DNA of 63,044 nt, filler included, from Octopus bimaculoides (Eukaryota): the NCBI RefSeq assembly GCF_001194135.2. It is 5 parts of 5 records of this genome, joined end to end, with 100 filler letters (N's around TTAATTAATTAA, not from the genome) between each part and the next. Parts side by side here need not be neighbours in the genome. Positions count along the whole stretch, not along the records: positions 1 to 11,456 come from NC_068987.1; 4 more parts are not named here. One strand, given 5' to 3'. Positions 1 through 11,512 of this stretch are shown one piece after another (position 1 is the stretch's first letter; the number at the start of each line of letters is the position of its first letter). The translations under genes and the position numbers were made by a program. The notes below the pieces were generated by a model. The model did not search any database, was not told where the DNA came from, and was given only the letters and a program-made list of their open reading frames with translations.

Positions 1-207
1 GTGCGGGGTGTGCGGACGATGAGGTTGGTGGCGGGAAGAGCAGAGGAGGAGATGAGGTCATGGATAGTGGAGGACACAAGCCGTTGGTAGGGGGGGGTCG
101 GAGCGGAGGAGGCGGTAGAAGAGGGGATTGTGAAGCTGATATATATGTGTATTTATATATATATATGTGTGTGTGTGTTTCTGTATGTATATATATGCAT
201 ATATATA

Positions 208-1245
208 CAGAAGTTGGACAAAATAATGGAAACACCTGGCATCATAGCATCATAATTTTGAAATATCTATAAAACTGTCAAAAGCTTGTTTATTTTTATG
301 CTTTTTCATTTATTATTAGTGTTGCTTAATATGTTTTGCTAAAATTGCTGTTTCTTTTCATATATCATCAGAAAAAGATAATTAAAATTCAGATCTATCG
401 GACTTTCAAAGAGGTCAAATTGTTGGTGCTCGTATGGCAGGCGACGGCGTAACGAAACCAGTTGACATGTTTGGTGTATCAAGAAGTACTGTCTCGAAAG
501 TAATAACAGCCTTTGAGAAAGAGGAAAAAACCTCTTCGTCAAAACAAAGCTCCAGAAGAAAACCAAAACTTTCAGATAGGGACCATTGGACTCTTACACG
601 AATTGTTAGAAAGGATCACAAAAGTACAGCTCCCAAAATTACTGCAGAGCTTAATGACCACCTCAAGAGGCTAGCTTCCACAAAAACTGTTCGCGGTAGC
701 TGCACAAAGCCGGCGGTGGGAGGGCTGCAATCAGAAAATCACTACTTTCAAAAACTAGTGTTGCAAAGTACTTAGTGGAGTAAAAACCTACAGAACTAGT
801 CCCTAGAGCAGTTGAAGAATGTTATTTTCTCGGATGAGTCATCCTTTACCTTATTACTGACCACCGGCCGAGTATACATGTGGGGACAGCCAAAAGAAGC
901 ATTTGACCCAGACTGCTTTCTTCCAACTGTTAAACATGGAGGAGGATCTGTGATGATCTTGGAAATCTGCCAGCCCAATAGTTTCCCTTCATGGCAGAAT
1001 GAATAGTCAAGAATATTTAAGCATTTTATCGGATCAAATACATCCTATGGTTGCGGAACTGTTTCTGGAGGGAAACGCAATTTTTCAGGATGATAATGCC
1101 TCGAATCCACACAGCTAAAGTTGGCACTGAATGGCACGAGGAACATTCTAGTGAAGTTGAACATCTTATCTGACCACCACAGTCCCCAGATCTCAATATT
1201 ATTGAATATTTATGGTGCATTTTAGAAAAACAAGTAAGGAGTCTA
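208..1245 (+). mobile_element. Tc1-family DNA transposon, 3'-truncated, transposase pseudogene
   Basis: Starts TA|CAGAAGTTGGACAAAATAATGGAAACACC (Tc1-type TIR after TA). Frameshifted transposase: HTH region (434-775 ...VSRSTVSKVI...), catalytic motifs VIFSDES and TVKHGGGSVM (812-1006), FQDDNA and PPQSPDLNIIEYLW (~1075-1215). No right TIR; it ends in microsatellite-like DNA. Confidence 0.92.
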
Positions 1246-1548
1246 TATATGGAAGTATATACAGATATATAGGGTTATGTACGCGAATATACATAAATAT
1301 AATTGTATACATGCGTACGCTCACATTCAAACATGTATGCATATAAGCATGAGCGCACATTCTCATATGTAACATAGACGCACACCCATGCATATACAAA
1401 GACGCACACACACGAAACCATGTATGTATGTGCACAAGCATAAACATAGGTTTTTATACATAAGCATACACGCACATATACGAATACATATGCATTGCTA
1501 CAATACAGACATCCACATAAAAAAACTTTTAGGTCTTAACATATATGC

Positions 1549-1792
1549 AGGTACTACTAAAGCAGCGCGGACCCGAACGCGCAGTCACGCGTCCGCGCTA
1601 GCTAGTCTTGAGTGGTCGATCCTAACCCTAACCCTAACCCTGTCCCTAACCCTAACCTATCCCTAACCCTAACCCTAACCCGCGTGTGCAAATGAATACG
1701 TGTTTAGGGTTAGGGTTAGGGTTAAGATCGACCACTCACGACTAGCTAACGCGCGACTGCGCGTTCGAGTCCGCGCTGCTTTAGTAGTACCT
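1549..1792. mobile_element. Non-autonomous foldback/MITE with ~95-bp TIRs containing telomeric repeats; 6-bp TSD
   Basis: Left AGGTACTACTAAAGCAGCGCGGACCCGAACGCGCAGTC... is the reverse complement of right ...GACTGCGCGTTCGAGTCCGCGCTGCTTTAGTAGTACCT (4 substitutions plus one 6-bp indel). Flanked by direct repeat ATATGC at 1543-1548 and 1793-1798. Confidence 0.9.
1621..1724. repeat. Interstitial telomeric repeats (CCCTAA)~10 and (TTAGGG)3 separated by a ~23-bp spacer
   Basis: Directly visible: CCCTAA array 1621-1680 (7 perfect units plus variants) and TTAGGG x3 at ~1704-1721. Confidence 0.97.
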
Positions 1793-2139
1793 ATATGCAG
1801 ACAACTTTTTAAGAAATTGCTGAGTGTATAATAGCGAAAATTGGGCAAAATGCATTCATAATAGAACCCCATATATCAAACCAACCATAAAATTGGTTAA
1901 ATTTGTTTACAAAATGTTTTTAAATAAATACAAATAAAATAAAATAAAATAAAAACAAGAAAACTATTCATATAACAGTCGAAGGCTTTTTAAAAAAACG
2001 TAGGTATCTATACAATATTCTTGCAATGCGAAGTAAATCGTGTATAATGAGGTACAAATCCAGTAGTGAGATTGCAAACAGGTTTCAAGGAGTCAAAAAT
2101 TATCAAAAAATATACTACCCATATGGTATGTTATTAGCC

Positions 2140-2340
2140 GACATTTTAAATTTAGACGCATGTCTACATGAATTTAAAAGTTCGCGTCTTTGGTTTAAAG
2201 CTTTCTTGTCTTAAAAAAATATGGAATTTCTCTAATAAACACAAATCACATTTAATTGGTCTTTTGTGGGCACCGTGCCTGTAAGGCGATGCTCTACCTA
2301 AAATCCTCCATGTCACGTTGAAAGGTCGAGTTTCGCTTTC
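2140..2340 (-). mobile_element. Penelope-like element, GIY-YIG endonuclease C-terminal fragment
   Basis: Minus strand reads FNVTWRILGRASPY...CDLCLLEKFHI and, after a frameshift, ALNQRRELLNSCRHASKF; these are the W.IL / C.LCL.EK / LN.R.E....CRH motifs at the end of PLE ORFs. Confidence 0.75.
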
Positions 2341-2404
2341 TTTATATAAATAATATATAAATATATGCATGTATACATACATATATGTACATACCTACAT
2401 ATAT

Positions 2405-3447
2405 ATGTATATATACATGCATATATAGGTTCAGGACATTAAAAAAAAACGTAGACAGAATGAGAAACGAGACCATAAAAAACAAAAACATAGAAAACGA
2501 ATTTTTTTTTCTGAATGGCGATAAAACAAACAGAGAAACGAGACATGCAACAAAAAGAACATTCCTTCATCAGTTGTCCCTGTTTCATCTACTCCGCGCT
2601 TCGAAGGTAAAGACAAGACGCGACTTCATTAAAACAGTCCTTCCCGCAAAGTAAATTAAATAAAATTTGGGATTTTTTGCGGAGGGTGAAAGTGGTAACA
2701 AAAACAGGACAGTGAGAACAAAACAGTAAAAACAAACGGTGAGGGCTGCAACCAAGACGTTGTGAAGTGCTGAACGCTGGAGAAACGAGCTTTGAGAAGA
2801 GACAGATAAAAGCCTGTCTTGTCTTTAGGAAGGAAGTGGAAGAAAGAGAGAATGGCCATTAGTCACGCGAGATCAATGAGAGTCAACGAGGAAGAGTGAG
2901 AGAGAGAGAGGGAATGGTGAAGGGGAGAGTAGAAGAATAGGGAAAGGGTGGGAGAGAAAAACAGAAAGGAAGAAGAACCAGAGAGGGAGATAGATAGACA
3001 TGTACATATATGTATGTATAATGCATATATTTATATATTATTTTTATTATTATACGATCGAACGCCACGCATCCTTTTCCAAGTAAGTTTTATCTTAATA
3101 ATTACGCTGCGCACTCTTATTCTATCTCTTTTCCATCTATCTCCCTCTCTTCTTCTTCCTTTCAGCTTTTCTCTCCCACCCTTTCCCTATGCTTCCCCTC
3201 TCCCCTTCACCGTTCCCTCTCCCTCTCTCTCACTCTTCCTCCTTGACTCTCTCATTGATCACACGTGACTAATGGCTATTCTCTCTTTCTTCCACATCCT
3301 TCCTAAAGACAAGACGTGCTTTTATCTGTCTCTTCTCAAAACTTGTTTTTCCAGTGTTCAGCATATCACATCGTCTTGGCTAACAGCAAAAATTCTCAAA
3401 TTTTATTTAATTTGCTTTGCAGGAAGGACTGTTTTAACGAAGTCGCG
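2405..3447. repeat. Head-to-head inverted pair of an unclassified GA-rich repeat (arms ~2619-3000 and ~3130-3447)
   Basis: CGCGACTTCATTAAAACAGTCCTTCCCGCAAAGTAAATTAAATAAAATTTG (2619) is the reverse complement of CAAATTTTATTTAATTTGCTTTGCAGGAAGGACTGTTTTAACGAAGTCGCG (ending 3447); homology continues inward through GA/TC-rich arms. The minus copy runs on to a T-rich tail ending at a TA microsatellite (~2405). Confidence 0.85.
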
Positions 3448-3959
3448 AACAACAGCCCAGTCAAGATGGTATTTTTTCTTCTCTTACTCTTTTTTTTTGC
3501 AAGCATCTTCAAAATGACTTTCTAAAATCAAATTCCATTATGCAGCTGAGGAGTACATTTTCATTACACATTTTATGTAGTGTTCTCACTACATGAATAA
3601 ATGAAGTTTGTACGAAACGTATGTACTGCTATAACCTATTGAATTTTTGTTGCTTTTCTTCAAATATATACATATAAACCCCAAAAGAATATTTTTCTCC
3701 CTCGTGTTCTGACCACTAACCCCTCTCTCTATCTACCTTACCCTGTTCATGGTATGAACGCCTCCCACCCTCTCCATCTGTACCGGCGGTTTCTATCCTC
3801 TCCCATCCTTTGGTTGTCTCCCATGAACACTTCTAAAGGCTTTACGCCATCTCCATCCCTACTTAGGGTTTATCTCCTATGTAAGGTAGTGATCATATAG
3901 TGCAAAAATATGATAGTGTAGTGTTTGCATGTTGAATTGAAGGCTATTGTTTGTTTGTG

Positions 3960-6900
3960 AATTCTGCCAAATGTGAGCTTTCTTTTCAGCTACATGATGC
4001 TGCTGTCCCCCATCCCAGGGTCTCACTGGCCCATACCTCCCACACCCTCGGGGTTGGCACTCTCAATGTCGACACACTGAAGGTAGGTCTGGTGAGATTG
4101 TTGAGATGCCTGAACCAAGAAGTAAGGTGGAGAGAAGGTTCTGCTATGTTCCTCACAGGCAAAGAACACAAGCACAAAATTTTCTGAGCAGGGAACACAG
4201 ACAGGGTCGGGGGTATGGGTATACTTCTTGCAGAGAAATGGGTGGATAAGGTAATCGAGGTAGTCAGAGTTTGCAATAGAATACTTAAGATTAGATTAGT
4301 GCTTCATCATGGGGTAGCAACCATTATCTCGGACTATGCTCCTCAGCCGGGGCTACCCGATGGACAGAAAAACCAATTTTATGACATCTTCTTGCAGACT
4401 ACCTTGTTGACGAATGACAGGGACCTTCTCTTTGTGGCTGACGACTTCAATGGACATGTTGGACAACATACAGGGGGCTTCCATGGCGTACACGGAGGCT
4501 ATGGTTTTGGTTCCCGCAATGTGGAAGGAACCAGGCTGCTGGAGTTCTGTGATGCAAATGATCTTATGGTTTGCAATACTAACTTCAGGAAATCTGCCAA
4601 TCACATAGTCGCCTACCGTTCTGGCAGATACACTAGCCAAATTGACTACATCCTTGCCAGAAAAAGGGAAAGATAGCTGTTTATAAATGCAAAAACCTTC
4701 CCAGGCAAAGAATGTACCCCACAACATAGAATGGTAGTTAGTGACTTCGGGATCAGAGCTAATTGGTTGCCCAGAAGACGACCAGAATGGAGGAGAAGGG
4801 TCTGAAAGCTTAAAGATCCCACAAATGGACAGAGATTTAGAGACATATTACTCGAAGCCTTTGACGAAATAGAAGGGGATATAGCTTCACACAATGTAGA
4901 AGACAACTGGAGGTTTCTATGGGACAACCTGCTGAAGGCCACTGATCAGATCTGTGGATGGTGCAGAGTCCCCTCTCAACCCAAAATAACGTGGTGGTGG
5001 AACAATGCTGTTGATAGGGCTATTAGACAAAAGAAACAGGCTTGGAAGAATGGTGGTAGCAGGGAATTGTATTAGACTGCCAGAAGGGAAGCTAAGAGAC
5101 AGGTTTATTTAGCCAGAGTGGAAGCAGATAAGAAAAAATTTGCCAATGTTCTGTGCCGTGTTTCATGTTGCAAGACTGTGAGAGAGAATCGTGATGTCGT
5201 AGGAGTGAAATGTGTCCGCATGGATGATGGTTCACTTGCACTAAACAAGGCTGCAAAGAAAGCGGTTTGGAGATGCCACTATGAAAGGTTGCTTAATAAA
5301 GAAAATGAATGGGAGAAAGATAGTCTGCTGAATGTTGACCCAACAAAGGGACCAGCTATCCGAGTTGACAGTACCATGGTAGATAAAGCAATTAATAGTA
5401 TGAAGACAGAGAAAGCCTCCGGCCCATCAGGAATCACTGCAAAAATGCTCAAAATATCTGGCAGTGTCAGCTATAGCCTAGTCAGCTGTATAGCGAACCA
5501 GGTGATACACGAAGGAGTCATACCCAATGATTGGTGTAGCAGCACCATAGTCAACTGCTACAAAGGTAAAGGTGACGCTATAGATACAAATAATTACAGA
5601 GGTATCAAGCTGTTGGATCAGGTAATGAAGGTCACTGAGAGGGTCATAGCCCAACTAATTAGGGAGAGAGTCAGTTTAGATGAGATGCAGTTTGGGTTTG
5701 TGGCAGGGAAAAGCACCAATTATGCTATATTTCTGGTAAGACAGCTGCAGGAGAAATACCTAGCCAAAGATATACCTCTGTACCTGGCTTTCATTGACAT
5801 GGAGAAAGCCTTTGACAGGGTCCCCCNNNNNNNNNNNNNNNNNNNNNNNNNNNNNNNNNNNNNNNNNNNNNNNNNNNNNNNNNNNNNNNNNNNNNNNNNN
5901 NNNNNNNNNNNNNNNNNNNNNNNNNNNNNNNNNNNNNNNNNNNNNNNNNNNNNNNNNNNNNNNNNNNNNNNNNNNNNNNNNNNNNNNNNNNNNNNNNNNN
6001 NNNNNNNNNNNNNNNNNNNNNNNNNNNNNNNNNNNNNNNNNNNNNNNNNNNNNNNNNNNNNNNNNNNNNNNNNNNNNNNNNNNNNNNNNNNNNNNNNNNN
6101 NNNNNNNNNNNNNNNNNNNAGTGTGGAAGCAAGGATTAGAATTGAAGGGCCTTAGAATCAACCTAGCAAAAACCAAAGTCCTAATAAATAAGAAGGCAGA
6201 CAAACAACAAACCCCTTCAGGTAGATGGCCCTGCTCGATCTGTAGAAAAGGCGTAGGGAGAAACTCTATAAAATGTACCCAGTGTAAGCTATGGAAACAT
6301 AAGAGGTGCAGCAATATCAAAGGAAGGCTAACTAGGAAGATAGTTTTTGCATGTGGCAGATGCTCAGGAGCAATAAACACTGAAAATGTACAGAGAACAA
6401 CATTTGCTACATTCCAGAGAGAAAAACTAGAAGTAGTTGATAGCTTCCATTACCTGGGTGACCAAGTCAGTAGTGAGGAATGGTGCGCTGAAAGTGTAGC
6501 TGCTAGAATAAGAATAGCCTGGGCAAAGTTCAGAGACCTCTTACTTCTGCTGGCGACAAAAGGCCTCTCGCTCAGAGTTAAAGGCAGACTGTATGACACG
6601 TGTACGAACAACTATGCTACATGGCAGTGAAACATGGGCTGTGACTGCTGAGGACATGCGTAAGCTCACAAGGAATGAAGCCAGTATGCTCTGATGAATG
6701 AGTAATGTCAATGTGCATACTCAACAGAGTGTAAGTACCTTGAGAGAAAAGTTGGACCTATTAAGCATCAGTTGTCGTGTGCAAGAGAGACGATTGCACT
6801 GGTATGATCATGCAGTGAGAATGGATGAGGATAGCTGTGTGAAAAAGTGCCACGGCCTAGCGGTTGAGGGCACCTGTGGAAGAGGTAGACCCAGGAAGAC

Positions 6901-7706
6901 CTGGGATGTGGTGGTGAAGCACGACCTTCGAACATTAGGCCTTACTGAGGCAATGACTAGTGACCGAGACTTTTGGAAATATGCTGTGCCTGAGAAAACC
7001 CGGTTAAGCCAAGTAAGACCATAACCCGTGGCCTTTGCTAGGGGTGTAACCAGCCCACTTATGCATACTTTCCCTTCATTGGACGCTAAACTCTGCTTGC
7101 GAAGACCTGCTGAGAGAAGTGAAATCGAGATCGAATTGAACCAAATTCGACTACTGGCACCCGTGCCAACCTTTCCTTCATTGGACTCTGCTTGTGAAAA
7201 CCTGTTGAGGCAAGTGAAATCGAAATCGAACCAAATTCGATGACTGGTACCCATGCCAGTGGAGCACTACCAGCACCATCTGAGCGTGATCATTGCCAGA
7301 GCAGCTGTCTGGCTTCCATGCCAGTGGCACATAAAAAGCACCATTTGAGCGTGATCGTTACCAGTATTGCCTTACTGGCACTTGTGCCGGTGGTACGTGA
7401 AAAATTTTCAAGCAAGGTCATTGCCAGTGCTGCTGAACTGGCTCCTGTGCAGGTGGCATGTAAAAGACACCATTTGAGCATGGCCATTGTCAGTACCGCC
7501 TGACTGGCCCTCATGCTGGTGGCATGTAAAAGCACCCTCTACACTCTCGGAGTGGTTGGCATTAGGAAGGGTATCCAGCTGTAGAAATACTGCCAGATCA
7601 GATTGGAGCCTGGTGCAGCCATCTGGTTTGCCAGTCCTCAGTCAAATCGTCCAATCCATGCTAGCATGGAAAGCGGACGTTAAACGATGATGATGATGAT
7701 GATGAT
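3960..7706 (+). mobile_element. RTE-clade LINE, near full-length ORF2 pseudogene (AP endonuclease + RT + PHD finger), 3' UTR and (GAT)n tail
   Basis: APE motifs GTLNV, QEVRW, ISDYAPQ, DFNGHVG, NVEGTRLL, SQIDYIL; RT motifs NYRGIKLL, QFGFVAGKST, AFIDMEKAFDRVP, GLRINLAKTK, FHYLG; C-terminal RLHWYDH...GRGRPRKTW; stops and frameshifts throughout; gap 5827-6119; tail ...GCATGGAAAGCGGACGTTAAAC(GAT)7. Confidence 0.95.
7066..7545 (+). repeat. Tandem repeats in the RTE 3' UTR (~100-bp duplication, then ~5 diverged ~65-bp units)
   Basis: TTCCTTCATTGGAC...GTGAAATCGA...CCAAATTCGA occurs twice (7066, 7169); GTGGCA(C/T)(A/G)TAAAAGCACCATTTGAGCGTG-like units recur at ~7260, 7325, 7390, 7453, 7520. Confidence 0.75.
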
Positions 7707-8446
7707 ATATATATATATATATTTAGAGTGTTTTGGAAATTCCTTGATACAGTTACNNNNNNNNNNNNNNNNNNNNNNNNNNNNNNNNNNNNNNNNNNNN
7801 NNNNNNNNNNNNNNNNNNNNNNNNNNNNNNNNNNNNNNNNNNNNNNNNNNNNNNNNNNNNNNNNNNNNNNNNNNNNNNNNNNNNNNNNNNNNNNNNNNNN
7901 NNNNNNNNNNNNNNNNNNNNNNNNNNNNNNNNNNNNNNNNNNNNNNNNNNNNNNNNNNNNNNNNNNNNNNNNNNNNNNNNNNNNNNNNNNNNNNNNNNNN
8001 NNNNNNNNNNNNNNNNNNNNNNNNNNNNNNNNNNNNNNNNNNNNNNNNNNNNNNNNNNNNNNNNNNNNNNNNNNNNNNNNNNNNNNNNNNNNNNNNNNNN
8101 NNNNNNNNNNNNNNNNNNNNNNNNNNNNNNNNNNNNNNNNNNNNNNNNNNNNNNNNNNNNNNNNNNNNNNNNNNNNNNNNNNNNNNNNNNNNNNNNNNNN
8201 NNNNNNNNNNNNNNNNNNNNNNNNNNNNNNNNNNNNNNNNNNNNNNNNNNNNNNNNNNNNNNNNNNNNNNNNNNNNNNNNNNNNNNNNNNNNNNNNNNNN
8301 NNNNNNNNNNNNNNNNNNNNNNNNNNNNNNNNNNNNNNNNNNNNNNNNNNNNNNNNNNNNNNNNNNNNNNNNNNNNNNNNNNNNNNNNNNNNNNNNNNNN
8401 NNNNNNNNNNNNNNNNNNNNNNNNNNNNNNNNNNNNNNNNNNNNNN

Positions 8447-8636
8447 GACACGTAAAAGCACCCACTACACTCTCTGAGTGGTTGGCGTTAGGAAGGGCAT
8501 CCAGCTGTAGAAACTCTGCCAAATTAGATTGGAGCCTGGTGTAGGCATCCGGTTGCACCAGTCCTCAGTCAAATCGTCCAATCCATGCTAGCATGGAAAG
8601 CGGACGTTAAACGATGATGATGATGATGATGATATA
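8447..8636 (+). mobile_element. Second RTE 3' end (probably the same locus duplicated by assembly)
   Basis: Same tail GGTTGGCGTTAGGAAGGGCATCCAGCTGTAG...(GAT)7; 8558-8683 is identical to 7631-7756, including flanking non-RTE sequence. Confidence 0.85.
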
Positions 8637-8649
8637 TATATATATATAT

Positions 8650-9914
8650 TTAGAGTGTTTTGGAAATTCCTTGATACAGTTACAATACTTGGAGAGGAGA
8701 CTTTTTCTCAAAGAGGTAAGATTGAGAAAAGAACCTACAAATACATGGGACGGCGATGTGTACCAGGGTAGCACCTATGCTTGCCACACTAGTAATGGGT
8801 TATTTGGGAAGAAAAAAATCTACTGCTTATCTCAGATTTCTTTTGGCCAAAACTTTCACTCATACATAGTGGGAAACTGGAAGAGATACTTGGATGACCG
8901 CTTTATATTCTAGAACAGAAGTAAGGAAGACCTTAAAAATTTTTTTGAAATAATAAACAGTGTCCATGAATCAATCCAATTCAGTATAGAAATGAATGAA
9001 AGGGAACTCCCCTTCCTAGATATCTTAATAATTAAAGAGAATGAGATTATAACAACTGACCTCTATTACAAAAACACAGACACACATCAATATGTAGACT
9101 TCAGATCTTGCCATCCTTCCCATAGAAAAAGGAACATACCGTTTAATATGGCAAGACAAATATGTACAGTAGTTTCAGAGACAAATAGAAGAGAAAGACG
9201 ACTTGTTCCTTAAAAAACAAAAATACACCACCAAACTAATAGACCAAGCAATAATTGAAGCTAAAAATATCCCAATCTCTACGCTGAGAAGAAAAAAACA
9301 CTCACACTGAGGATAAATGGAAAAATGAACATAAAAATATCCCATTTGTTATCACTCACAATCCCAAAAACCACAATATTCTACAAACAGCAAAATGCCT
9401 TCTACCAACTCTACACCAGTTCCCATGTCTACAACAAATAATCAACAGCCGAAGGCAACCCCCAAATCTTAAGAAACTTCTAACCAAAGCAAGATTTGCA
9501 TCAGAGGAAGAAATCATGCAAGTTACCCCCCGTGGAAACCTCCGATGTGGGACATGTGATTTAATAGAATAGGGATCAACCAAAAAATTCAGGAATGGAA
9601 AAGAATTAAAGGTGAATGCAAATATGAACTGTAAAAGCAAAAATTTGATATATTGTATCACATGCCAATGATGCAATGAACATTATATTGGGGAAGCAAA
9701 AAGGAAACTAACCAACCAGATAAATGTGCACAGATATCAAATAAAACATCCCTCACTTAGATGCATACTATGTAGTGATCATTTGGACACCTGTGCACAA
9801 GGTAAATTTACAATTTTCCCTCTTCATAAAATAAATGAAGAGAACGACCTTCTCCGAAAGGCAGAAGAAGGATATTTTATAAGATTTCTGAGTCCGAAAC
9901 TAAACCTGAAATAG
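8650..9914 (+). mobile_element. Penelope-like element, 5'-truncated RT + GIY-YIG pseudogene
   Basis: RT: APMLATLVMGY, WKRYLDD, IQFSIE, LPFLDI, YYKNTDTHQY, SCHP, IPFNMARQI. EN: CGTC, NCKSKNLIYCITC, YIGE, HRYQI, CSDH, ending SPKLNLK*. Confidence 0.92.
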
Positions 9915-10869
9915 TCAGCAACAATTTTACTGAAAGACAACTGTCACTCTATGTAATAACATGTGCTTGAAAACGTTAAGAACTGAAAGCACTTGCACAT
10001 CTATAAAAGCAAAAGCGACACACATTTTGTGAAATCTCTTCCCAAAGGTTAGTGCCTTTCAACTTTCTAAAAAGTTTCTTTCCTCAATATCTTAACTCTC
10101 TGAGAAAAAAATATTCTCCCCAAATACATATACACACANNNNNNNNNNNNNNNNNNNNNNNNNNNNNNNNNNNNNNNNNNNNNNNNNNNNNNNNNNNNNN
10201 NNNNNNNNNNNNNNNNNNNNNNNNNNNNNNNNNNNNNNNNNNNNNNNNNNNNNNNNNNNNNNNNNNNNNNNNNNNNNNNNNNNNNNNNNNNNNNNNNNNN
10301 NNNNNNNNNNNNNNNNNNNNNNNNNNNNNNNNNNNNNNNNNNNNNNNNNNNNNNNNNNNNNNNNNNNNNNNNNNNNNNNNNNNNNNNNNNNNNNNNNNNN
10401 NNNNNNNNNNNNNNNNNNNNNNNNNNNNNNNNNNNNNNNNNNNNNNNNNNNNNNNNNNNNNNNNNNNNNNNNNNNNNNNNNNNNNNNNNNNNNNNNNNNN
10501 NNNNNNNNNNNNNNNNNNNNNNNNNNNNNNNNNNNNNNNNNNNNNNNNNNNNNNNNNNNNNNNNNNNNNNNNNNNNNNNNNNNNNNNNNNNNNNNNNNNN
10601 NNNNNNNNNNNNNNNNNNNNNNNNNNNNNNNNNNNNNNNNNNNNNNNNNNNNNNNNNNNNNNNNNNNNNNNNNNNNNNNNNNNNNNNNNNNNNNNNNNNN
10701 NNNNNNNNNNNNNNNNNNNNNNNNNNNNNNNNNNNNNNNNNNNNNNNNNNNNNNNNNNNNNNNNNNNNNNNNNNNNNNNNNNNNNNNNNNNNNNNNNNNN
10801 NNNNNNNNNNNNNNNNNNNNNNNNNNNNNNNNNNNNATATATATATATATATACATACACACACACACA

Positions 10870-11170
10870 TATAGTTGAAATTTACAAAAAAACAAACAAA
10901 ACAAAAGACGAAGACAGGTGTGTAAACAACAAATAGATGTATTAGTTTAATGCTCAGAAAGTGAGAAAGTCTTTTACGTTTCAAGCCTACGCTCTTCAAG
11001 AGAAAGGAACATAAAAATAAATAGAAAGAGAAAATAAAAAAAAAGGTTTAGTGGCTAGCAATCAATCATGGCAAATGACAGACAGAGGTGGTCAGACAGG
11101 AGAACCAGGAAGAAGGGGAGATAATAAAGTAGTGGTGATCCCAAAACAAAGGTCCGCATGTGTGGGTATG
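10870..11170 (-). mobile_element. PLE-type terminal repeat family A (hammerhead-like motif), abutting a TA tract
   Basis: Reverse complement of 19285-19445 and 53755-53915: ...GAAGAGCGTAGGCT(C/T)GAAACGT...TAATACATC...TTGTTTACAC.ACCTGTCTTCGTC... Confidence 0.7.
10971..11006 (-). ncRNA. Minimal type I hammerhead-ribozyme-like motif (degenerate)
   Basis: Minus strand CTTT|CTCTTGA-A|GAGC-GTAG-GCTT|GAA-ACGT-A|AAAG: stem I CTTT/AAAG, stem II hairpin, GAAAC-GTH core; position 5 is C instead of G. Confidence 0.5.
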
Positions 11171-11407
11171 TGAGAGCGTTATGTGCGCGTGAACAGGGGC
11201 TGGTGACCTTGATGTGTACATGTGTAGGTGTGTGGATGATGATGTAGGTGGTGGGAAGTGGTCAGTGCTAGTGTGTGCAGGGTGGTGTGATGTGGTGTGG
11301 TGTGGTGTGGTACGGTGGTGTGTGGATTGGTGATGTGTGGTGTGTATACATATATCTGTATATCTATCTATCTATCTATCTGTATATATATATATACAGA
11401 TATATAT

Positions 11408-11456
<49 letters not shown>

Positions 11457-11500
11457 NNNNNNNNNNNNNNNNNNNNNNNNNNNNNNNNNNNNNNNNNNNN

Positions 11501-11512
11501 TTAATTAATTAA
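11501..11512. other. Artificial scaffold spacer TTAATTAATTAA (also at 33608-33619, 53982-53993, 60342-60353)
   Basis: Identical 12-mer with stop codons in all six frames, centred in N runs (44 N + 12 + 44 N = 100 bp at the first site). Confidence 0.95.

Noticed and set aside
1621-1724. Possible chromosome-fusion scar or true telomere
   Set aside because: Polarity is opposite to a fusion scar, the arrays are short, and they lie inside a TSD-flanked TIR element.
2555-2600. CTGATGA core with an upstream GAAAC on the minus strand
   Set aside because: Only 8 nt separate the two half-cores and no downstream GAAA follows, so no hammerhead topology can be built.
7260-7545. Repeat-spacer-like array resembling CRISPR
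   Set aside because: Diverged minisatellite in a LINE 3' UTR of a eukaryote; units are homologous throughout, with no unique spacers or cas genes.
11501-11512. Recurrent isolated TTAATTAATTAA motif (4 copies)
   Set aside because: Centred in fixed-length N runs with stops in six frames; an assembly spacer, not biology.
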